Below, piece by piece: positions 56,954 through 64,000 of a stretch of 64,000 nucleotides of DNA. The stretch covers positions 32,001 to 96,000 of the forward strand of contig JBGANV010000009.1 of NCBI GenBank assembly GCA_044222185.1, read 5' to 3'. Position numbers and translations under genes: made by a program. Each line of letters begins with the position of its first letter. The stretch's first letter is position 1. The notes beneath the pieces are model-generated. The model worked only from the letters and a program-made list of their open reading frames with translations, ran no database searches and was not told the DNA's origin. This DNA is from Planctomycetota bacterium. Its GTDB lineage: Bacteria > Planctomycetota > GCA-002687715 > CAIWVZ01.

Positions 56954-58183
56954 ATGCACCTCGCACGATTCGCGGACGATCTGGCGCGGTGCACGGCCTG
57001 TGGCGCTTGCCGCTCCGGCTGCCCCACGTTCGACGTCTCGCTCGAAGAGGGGATGTCCGGTCGGGGCCGCGTCCAACTCGCGAAGCGCCTTCACGACGGT
57101 ACGCTCGCACCGAGTGCACGGATGGCGGAGCTGTTCGACACGTGCACGCGGTGCAACTACTGCACCTCGATCTGCCCCGTAGGCCTCCCGGCCCTCGCGA
57201 TGATCGATGCGGCGCGCGCCGATCTGCGTGAGGCGCGGAGCGCGGGCTTCCGGGAGCGGCTCTTGTTTCGTGGGCTCCTTCCGCGGCGTTGGGCGTTGGA
57301 CGGGATCGTGCGCCTTGCGGCGATGCTGCAACGGGTCCTGGGGCGATCCGCGCGCGCGAAGATCGAGCCGCTGCCCCTCATCGGCAGCACCAAGCGGTTG
57401 CCGCGCCTTCCGTGGGTGAGCGCGCTCCGCCGTCTCGCTGGGACTCGGCCCGCAAATCCCCAGGGAGTGACCGTCTCGCTCTTCGTCGGGTGTCGGACGA
57501 ACTACTTCTATCCCGAGGTCGCCGCCGACGTCGTGTTCCTCCTCGAACGCGCTGGCGCGCGCGTGTCGGTGCCCGGGAAACAGGTGTGTTCAGGAACCGT
57601 GGCGCGGGGCTCGGGCGACACCGCCGCGGCAGAACGCCTCGCGGCGACCAACGTTTCCGTATTCGGCGCCGAGGGCGCGTCACGTGTCGCGACCACCTGC
57701 GGGTCATGCCTGACGTCCTTGCGCTCGCACGGGCCTGAGGCGGGTGTTGCGCCAGCGACGCGGAGCGCAGACTGGGCGACGATCCTGCGGGATCTCGGTT
57801 GGCGCGGCCCGTTTTTTGCACCGGCGCTCCCCGGACCCGTCATCGTCCACGAGACGTGTCAGTACCGGTGGCTTCCCGGACAAGCCCTGGCCGTGCACGA
57901 CCTTCTGCGACTCGCCGGCGTGGATGCGACCCGGCTCGTCGGTCCCACCTGTTGTGGCGGTGCGGCGCCGTTCGCCGTGGCGCACGGCGCGTTCTCTCGA
58001 GAGCTCGGGGACGCGGCGATCGCCGCAGTGCGCGCGGCCGGGACTCGGACGCTGGTCACGGGGGATCCGGGATGCCTGCTACAGTTTCGCGACGCGTTGC
58101 AGGCACATGCCGATCTTCGGCACGTCGAAGTGATCCACTCGGCGACCGCGCTCCGGCGACTCGTCACCGCCGCCCATGGGTGA
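56954..58183 (+). CDS. GlcF/HdrD-like Fe-S protein (two 4Fe-4S motifs plus CCG domains)
   Basis: CTACGACRSGCP, CTRCNYCTSICP, FVGC, QVCSG, TCGSC, TCCGG, PGCLLQ. Confidence 0.88.
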   Translation: MHLARFADDLARCTACGACRSGCPTFDVSLEEGMSGRGRVQLAKRLHDGTLAPSARMAELFDTCTRCNYCTSICPVGLPALAMIDAARADLREARSAGFRERLLFRGLLPRRWALDGIVRLAAMLQRVLGRSARAKIEPLPLIGSTKRLPRLPWVSALRRLAGTRPANPQGVTVSLFVGCRTNYFYPEVAADVVFLLERAGARVSVPGKQVCSGTVARGSGDTAAAERLAATNVSVFGAEGASRVATTCGSCLTSLRSHGPEAGVAPATRSADWATILRDLGWRGPFFAPALPGPVIVHETCQYRWLPGQALAVHDLLRLAGVDATRLVGPTCCGGAAPFAVAHGAFSRELGDAAIAAVRAAGTRTLVTGDPGCLLQFRDALQAHADLRHVEVIHSATALRRLVTAAHG

Positions 58184-59351
58184 GCCGATCCTCTTCCTCG
58201 ACAACGCCGCGACTTCGTTCCCCAAGCCCGATTCCGTGATCGAGGCCGTGGTCCACTTCCACCGCCACGTTCCGGCGAGCGCGGGACGAGGAGCCTACCG
58301 GGAGGCCGTCCTCGCCGGGCAGATGCTCGACACCCTCCGCGCGACGCTGTGCGGACTGTTCAATGGAACCAACCCGGAGCGCGTGATCTTCACGCTGAAC
58401 GGTACGGATGCGCTGAACCTGGCGATCAAGGGATCGGTACGGCGTGGCGACCACGTCGTCACGACGTGTCTCGACCACAACTCGGTGCTGCGGCCGCTCG
58501 CCCGGCTCGAGGCCGATGGAATCGTCGACGTCACGCGCGTGCCCGTCTCCGCGGATGGCGTCGTCGCCGTGGAGGCGATCGAAGCGGCGATCAGGCCGAA
58601 CACGCGCCTGATCGTCATGACGCACGCATCCAACGTCTCCGGAACGATCCAGCCCGCGGCGGCCGTGGGCGCGATCGCAAGGGCGCGAGGCGTGCTCTTC
58701 CTGCTCGACGCGGCGCAGACCATGGGTTCGATCCCCGTCGACGTCCAGGCGATGAACGTCGACCTGCTCGCGTTCCCAGGTCACAAGGCGATGATGGGGC
58801 CGCAGGGGACGGGAGTGCTGTGGGTCAGGCCCGGCGTCGAGATCGCGCCCCTGCGCGAGGGCGGCACAGGGAGCCGTTCCGATCTGGCAATCCAGCCGGA
58901 CTTCCTCCCTGACCGGTTCGAGCCCGGCGCGCACAACGGGCCGGGGCTCGCAGGCCTGCTTGCGGCGGCGCGCTTCGTCGCCCAGACGGGCATCCAGCGC
59001 ATCGCGGAGCGAAAGGCGGCGATCACCGAGCGACTCGTCGCGGGGATGCTCGGGATCCGGGGCGCATCCATCCTCGGACGGGCTCCCGCCGCGGAGCGCG
59101 TCCCGATCGTCTCCGTCCGGTTTGCCGATGTGGACCACGCGAAACTCGCAGCCGAGCTCGACCGGCTGTACGACGTGAAGGTCCGTTTCGGGCTGCACTG
59201 CGCGCCGCTCGCCCATCGCGCGTTCGGGACCGCCGCGTGTGGGGGAGCCATCCGGTTCTCACCGGGTTGGTTCACGACCGATGCGGAGATCGACCGTGTG
59301 CTCCGGGCCGTTCACGTCCTCGTGGCCGGGGCGGGTGCCAGTGCCCCGTAA
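58176..59351 (+). CDS. Cysteine desulfurase family protein (PLP class V, SufS-like group)
   Basis: DNAATSFPKP, HNSVLRP, HASNVSG, DAAQ, FPGHK (PLP Lys), VRFGLHCAP (catalytic Cys). Confidence 0.93.
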   Translation: MGEPILFLDNAATSFPKPDSVIEAVVHFHRHVPASAGRGAYREAVLAGQMLDTLRATLCGLFNGTNPERVIFTLNGTDALNLAIKGSVRRGDHVVTTCLDHNSVLRPLARLEADGIVDVTRVPVSADGVVAVEAIEAAIRPNTRLIVMTHASNVSGTIQPAAAVGAIARARGVLFLLDAAQTMGSIPVDVQAMNVDLLAFPGHKAMMGPQGTGVLWVRPGVEIAPLREGGTGSRSDLAIQPDFLPDRFEPGAHNGPGLAGLLAAARFVAQTGIQRIAERKAAITERLVAGMLGIRGASILGRAPAAERVPIVSVRFADVDHAKLAAELDRLYDVKVRFGLHCAPLAHRAFGTAACGGAIRFSPGWFTTDAEIDRVLRAVHVLVAGAGASAP

Positions 59352-59784
59352 AGCCCCAAAACCCGGGCCGCCTCGCTCAGCCGGATCGGCTGCCGATGGG
59401 CTCGCCATCCGGTTCGACGGCTCGATGATCTGCGTGCTTGGCGTGCAGGATCTCGACCGTGCCGTCGGCTGGTACCGCGAACATCTTGGGTTTGGCGTTC
59501 GGGTCGAGGACCGGGATTCGGGTCTTTGCGACCTGGCGAGTCCGGTCACCAACCTCGTGATTCGCCTGCAGCTGGCCGGGGCCGGAGCCTCGCGCCGCCG
59601 GCTTGCTGGCGCGGCCCTTCTGCTCGGAGTGGCTCGGCTCGACGCGGCGCGCCATGCCCTCGAACACGGAGGCGTCGAATTCGATGGGCCGACCCGCACC
59701 GAGGCCGGCAACCGTCGCATCGCGGACTTCCGTGACTCCGAGGGCAATCGTCTCGCCCTCTTCGAGGATTCGGACGGGGAGTGA
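59341..59784 (+). CDS. VOC/glyoxalase family protein
   Basis: VQDLDRAVGWYREHLGF...GVEF...FRDSEGNRLALFE; start uncertain (GTG 59341 or ATG 59425). Confidence 0.85.
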   Translation: MPRKAPKPGPPRSAGSAADGLAIRFDGSMICVLGVQDLDRAVGWYREHLGFGVRVEDRDSGLCDLASPVTNLVIRLQLAGAGASRRRLAGAALLLGVARLDAARHALEHGGVEFDGPTRTEAGNRRIADFRDSEGNRLALFEDSDGE

Positions 59785-60420
59785 ACGGGTGCGGGCCCGG
59801 CGCGGAGGTTGCGGCGGGGAAACCGCCGGTGCTTGCTCGTCAACGGGCGGCGGTTGGTTTTGGACGGACGTGCCCAGGCACTTGCGAAGGGTTTCCAGAG
59901 TTCGGCGGTACCGCACGGCGACGGTATTCGGGGGGATGCCGAGCATTCGACCGATTTCCTCGTTGGGGCGATCCTCCAGTCCCTTCAGCAGCAGAACCTC
60001 CCGCGCCTGGGGGGACAGGCGGAAAAGCTGGTCGGCCAGGACCGACATGAGCTCGCGGGATGCGGCCCGGTGCTCCGCCAGTGCGTGCTGGCCGTCGCAT
60101 GCGCGCTCGCTCAACCCGTCGAGAAGCCGTTCGATCGTCTCCACATCCCGTCGAGGCTTGCCGCGCACGTGCTTTTGAACGAGCGTGCGCCAGCGGTTGT
60201 AGAGGGTCGAGAGGAGAAACCGGACCAATACCGCGGTCCGAGACTCGTTCTCGATGCGGAGCGCGCCGAGCTTGGGCAATGCGGCAACCCATACGTCCGC
60301 CACGAGGTCCTCGGGGTCGTAGAGGGCACGCAGCTCGCCCGTCAGCAGCACTCGAGCGCGGTATCGCAGAAGCGGCGACCAGCGCGCAACGAATGCGGCG
60401 TTCTCGAGAGTATCGGTCAC
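59377..60420 (-). CDS. ECF-type sigma-70 factor with read-through C-terminal tail
   Basis: LRALYDPEDLVADVW (region 2); LSPQAREVLLLKGLEDRPNEEIGRMLGIPPNTVAVRYRR (region 4); sigma homology ends near 59870 but the first in-frame stop is at 59377. Confidence 0.8.
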   Translation of the reverse strand: MTDTLENAAFVARWSPLLRYRARVLLTGELRALYDPEDLVADVWVAALPKLGALRIENESRTAVLVRFLLSTLYNRWRTLVQKHVRGKPRRDVETIERLLDGLSERACDGQHALAEHRAASRELMSVLADQLFRLSPQAREVLLLKGLEDRPNEEIGRMLGIPPNTVAVRYRRTLETLRKCLGTSVQNQPPPVDEQAPAVSPPQPPRRARTRSLPVRILEEGETIALGVTEVRDATVAGLGAGRPIEFDASVFEGMARRVEPSHSEQKGRASKPAARGSGPGQLQANHEVGDRTRQVAKTRIPVLDPNAKPKMFAVPADGTVEILHAKHADHRAVEPDGEPIGSRSG

Positions 60421-61266
60421 GGTTTGCACGCCCGCGGGGAGCGGGTCATCTCCGGGGAAGGATTGCCTACGGCGGCTGTGTTTGCGAAGCCTCGGGTTCC
60501 TCGTCCGACCCGTGGGCGTGGTCACAAGTGTTGGGCGGGGTGAGCGCCGGCCTGACTCGTTCGACGGGCCAGATCGAACCACCGTTCTCGGCGGCTGTCA
60601 AGTCCGTGCCCGAGTGCGAGACGACCCTGCGATGTGACTCCGAAATGTCCGCGTGATCGGTGGCTGCGACGCCCGATTCGCAACGGAGCGTGTGCCCACA
60701 ACCCGAAAGTCCGGTTGGTGATGCGACATGTGGCCACGGACAAGTACGCCGGCTGCGGTAGCGCGAACTCGTCGATCGCGGTTTGCAACGCTCACGCGTC
60801 GCAGCCGCATGTCCGAATGGCGAAAAAGAATTCCAGGTGCGTGTCACCGTGAGGCCCGTCGGCCAATTACTAACCCTGGAGAGTTCGGCGACGGCTGCAC
60901 GTCGCGGTACTGCTTCGTTGGATCGCCTGGGACACGACACGGCCGCGTGGTCGATCGAAAACCGGGCCGTTACGGCGATGCGGTGCGGTCGGTGCGGCCG
61001 GTCCTGCCGCGATACATGCATCCCCTGAAAGCTGTTGACGCGCTCGGCGCCCTGCGCTGGAGCCTGCACCCACGCCGCCTCGCTGCGCCGATACATGGGT
61101 GTCCGTCATCTGCCAACCGACGCATGCGGTTTCTTCAGGTCAGCCGAGCCTCCACGCACCGCGCGACCCCCATACATCTGCGCACGCCGGGCACGGAACG
61201 CCGCGCCCGGCGCATCGCGCTTCGATTTCAGGACGGTTTCCTTCCGCTCCCATCAGGAGAGATGAC

Positions 61267-64000
61267 GTGACTACTCGTTGCATCCCCTCAGCGTTCGCAG
61301 CCTTTGTGCCAGGTCGGACCATCTCAACGCTCGCGGCAGTCCTGCTGACCTTCAGCACCCTGACAGCAACGGCGTTCGCGACCGGCGGTGAAACCGGCCC
61401 GTCGAAGACCGCGGCGTCCGCGCCGCGGTTGGCAACGACGTGGTATGTGAACTCCGCCCTCGGAGCGAACAACCCCGCGCCGACGAACGGTACGGGAACG
61501 GGTGCCGCCGCGTGGCAGACGATTCAGTACGCGATCAGCGATCCGGCCGTGCTCGCCGGTGACACGATCATCGTCGAGGCGGGGAACTACAACGAGGACG
61601 TCAACGTCAACAAGTCGTTGACGATCCAGGGGGCGGGGGCGGGGCTCTCGATCGTGAGTGGGGTGATCGGAGGGCTCAGCACCTCGACCTTCGCCCTTTC
61701 TGCCTCCGGCATCGTGCTTGATGGCTTCACGATCACCCGCGATGGGAACAACCCAGCACAGTGGGCGCTTGCATTGAACACCGCAGGTGCATCGATCATC
61801 GGCCCGAGCCTGACGGGAATCCGGATCAGTAACTGTCTTTTCACCGGAAACCGGACCGGCATCGACATCAACAACTCGAGCGGCCACACGGTTCGGAACA
61901 ATGTCATCGACTTCAACCGCACTGGCATGATCATGCGAAATGCGACGGACAATCTGACCGTCGTCGAGAACAAGATCACCAACAACTACACGCTCGGCGT
62001 GATCTTCCTGGATGCGAGCTCGGGGAGCAATTCGCCCGTCCAGAGCGCTCTGAACTGCACCTTCTTCAACAACGACATCAGTGGCAACTGGTACGCACAG
62101 ATTGTGGACCGCCAGACAGGCGGCTCCCTCCCCCTACCCGGCGCCAATCTCAAGAACCTCAGCGGCAACTGGCTCGGCACGACGGCTCCTGTCGTGACGG
62201 TCGCGAACTCTGCGGAGCCAAGCGGGAACTCGCCGTTTCCGACGGCGTTCGGCGGACCGGACAGTGCTCCCGGCGGCCAGCCCGACATCGCGGGCGCGGC
62301 ATCCGGGAATATCGACTACACGCCGTACCTGAACTCCGGGACTGACACCGACGTCAGCACGGGCTTCGGAACCAGCGGCTTCCAGGGCAACTTCGACAAC
62401 CTCTGGGTGGATGACAGCAGTGTGCAGACGGGCTCCTCAGGCCGCATCCAGGAAGCCATGGGTCTCGTCGTCGACACGCCGACTCGCGGGACGATTCACG
62501 TCCGCGAGGGTACGTACGTCGAGTCGATCGCCCTGACGAAGTACATCCGCCTCGAGGGCGCAGGTGACGGGACGAATCCGCTCGTCGACAGCGTCATCGC
62601 GCCAGCGCCGGGCAACCCCGGCATCAACGTTCAGGCGAGCGGGACGGCATTGGTTCCGATCGAGATCGTCGCCCTGAATCTGACGGGCGGCTCGCACGGC
62701 ATCAACTTCTCCGGAACGCGGTCGCACGTGACGATCGACAACTGCACGTGCCGGAACTCCACCGGCAACGGTGTCGAGATCAACGGAATCGTCGACGACC
62801 TCGACCTCCTGAACGTCGACCTCATCAACAACATGGCCGGTGCGGGGTTCCGCGTCGGAACGACGGGCAAGCTTTCGAACTCGTCGATCACGAACGGCAA
62901 CATCACGGGGAACGACGACGGCGTGCTCGCGCTGTCGGACCTCTCCGCCACGAACAATGAGACCGGTTTCGTGAACGTCACCGTCACGGGCACCACCGTC
63001 TCGAACAACGGCAACAGCCCGTCGGAAGGCAAGGGCCTCTACTTCGAGAAGGCCAGCGGAGTCGCGCTGTCCGGACTCACGGTCAACGCAAACGGAACGG
63101 GGTCGAACTTCCCCGGCGGCGTCCTGCTCAACCTCAAGCGCGGCAACTTCGGCTCGACGTCGATCACGAACTGCGTGATCACGAACACGGCCGCAGGGCC
63201 AGGCGCGAACGGCCGCGCGATTTCCGTCGACGTCCGCAACGACGGAGCGAATGGCCCCACCACGTTCACCGCCGGGAATGGCGTGAGCGTGACCGGGTGC
63301 ACCTGCACCGGGTCCGTCACCGGCATCCTCGTCGGTGAAGAAGGCGCGCTGACTGGGACGTGCCGCGTGAAGATCCAGGGATCAAACCTCTCTTCGAACG
63401 CGTCCGTCGGCCTGTTCGTGTTCGGCAACGCGCTGGTCGACGCCGGCGATTGCTCTAACTCGAACATCACCGGACTCGGCTCGAGCACCGGTGGAAACAC
63501 GTTCACGGGGTACGGCTATCCGCCGAACGGCACGCCGCCATTCAACGCGGCGATCCTCGGCGCCAACGCCGCGACGGGACCGGACATCCTCGCCTTCAAC
63601 AACAACTTCGGGTTGAACGGCGTCAACAACAACTTCGAGACGTACGTGATCGACGGTTCGGACAATCCGGCCCTCGGCCAGGTGCAGGGGTCGCAGTCGA
63701 CGGGCCTCTTCATCACGTGCCCGCCGGCTCAGTCGATTCAGTGCAACGTGCTGCCCGCGGCTGCGACCACGCTCGCACAGTTCCTCGCTGCCGGCGGGAC
63801 GTCCTCAGCCACGGCCGGGACGGTGAGCTCGTCGGACGGAGCCCTCGTCGGAGGCCTCTGCGGAGGCACGCGGACCCGGACCTACACGGTCTCGGATACC
63901 TGCGGCAACTCCACGACCTGCACGCAGGTCTTCACGATCAACGACACGACGCCTCCGACGCTCGTGACTTGCGGGGCCAACCCAGCAAACGTCTCGGTGG
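61267..64000 (+). CDS. Large secreted right-handed beta-helix (pectin-lyase/NosD-like) protein with HYR-like domain; runs off the right edge
   Basis: AGGAGA RBS and GTG 61267; signal peptide ...STLAAVLLTFSTLTATAFA; two modules (TIQYAI...GDTIIVEAGNYNEDVNVNKSLTIQGAG and RIQEA...IHVREGTYVESIALTKYIRLEGAG); Asn-ladder repeats; end ITCPPAQ...TRTYTVSDTCGNSTTCTQVFTINDTTPP; frame open to the edge. Confidence 0.88.
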   Translation, partial: MTTRCIPSAFAAFVPGRTISTLAAVLLTFSTLTATAFATGGETGPSKTAASAPRLATTWYVNSALGANNPAPTNGTGTGAAAWQTIQYAISDPAVLAGDTIIVEAGNYNEDVNVNKSLTIQGAGAGLSIVSGVIGGLSTSTFALSASGIVLDGFTITRDGNNPAQWALALNTAGASIIGPSLTGIRISNCLFTGNRTGIDINNSSGHTVRNNVIDFNRTGMIMRNATDNLTVVENKITNNYTLGVIFLDASSGSNSPVQSALNCTFFNNDISGNWYAQIVDRQTGGSLPLPGANLKNLSGNWLGTTAPVVTVANSAEPSGNSPFPTAFGGPDSAPGGQPDIAGAASGNIDYTPYLNSGTDTDVSTGFGTSGFQGNFDNLWVDDSSVQTGSSGRIQEAMGLVVDTPTRGTIHVREGTYVESIALTKYIRLEGAGDGTNPLVDSVIAPAPGNPGINVQASGTALVPIEIVALNLTGGSHGINFSGTRSHVTIDNCTCRNSTGNGVEINGIVDDLDLLNVDLINNMAGAGFRVGTTGKLSNSSITNGNITGNDDGVLALSDLSATNNETGFVNVTVTGTTVSNNGNSPSEGKGLYFEKASGVALSGLTVNANGTGSNFPGGVLLNLKRGNFGSTSITNCVITNTAAGPGANGRAISVDVRNDGANGPTTFTAGNGVSVTGCTCTGSVTGILVGEEGALTGTCRVKIQGSNLSSNASVGLFVFGNALVDAGDCSNSNITGLGSSTGGNTFTGYGYPPNGTPPFNAAILGANAATGPDILAFNNNFGLNGVNNNFETYVIDGSDNPALGQVQGSQSTGLFITCPPAQSIQCNVLPAAATTLAQFLAAGGTSSATAGTVSSSDGALVGGLCGGTRTRTYTVSDTCGNSTTCTQVFTINDTTPPTLVTCGANPANVSV

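Noticed and set aside
563-60847. GTCAC motif upstream of several secreted-protein genes (near 565 on the minus strand, 2064, 52372, 60843)
   Set aside because: A 5-mer is expected by chance in regions this long, and there is no consistent -10 partner.
60467-61270. ORFs in the ECF/beta-helix intergenic region (60467-61096 minus, 60728-61270 plus)
   Set aside because: No motifs and atypical composition; likely non-coding regulatory DNA.

Overview
High-GC bacterial chromosomal window. The gene content (Ser/Thr kinase-TPR plus ECF sigma modules, sulfatase-like membrane protein, DUF2950-like pilin, EF-G2) suggests an uncultured Planctomycetota-like organism; this is inference. Housekeeping genes include truA, hpf, a regulatory PTS (ptsN-like IIA, yvcK, ptsH, ptsI), rne/rng, rplU-rpmA-obg, coaX, an mnmE-like GTPase, pyrB, a fusA paralog and tatD. 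They are interleaved with a type IV pilus/type II secretion-like machinery split over several loci: pilM-pilN-pilO(+GspB/PilP-like fusion)-secretin; pilT/U plus a GspC-like PDZ protein; pilD; and pilT-pilB-pilC-TPR-pilin. There is also a trehalose GH15/otsAB pair, a HEAT-GlcF-cysteine desulfurase-VOC operon, and at least six large secreted proteins. The strongest candidate for a new system is a shared ~120-150 aa C-terminal domain on three otherwise unrelated signal-peptide proteins (a putative sorting/anchoring tag), found alongside the hybrid T4aP/T2SS apparatus. One of these proteins, a 1651-aa trypsin-like protease, lies in a kinase/ECF-sigma cassette apparently inserted between rne and rplU. 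No rRNA, tRNA, CRISPR array or transposase was recognised.
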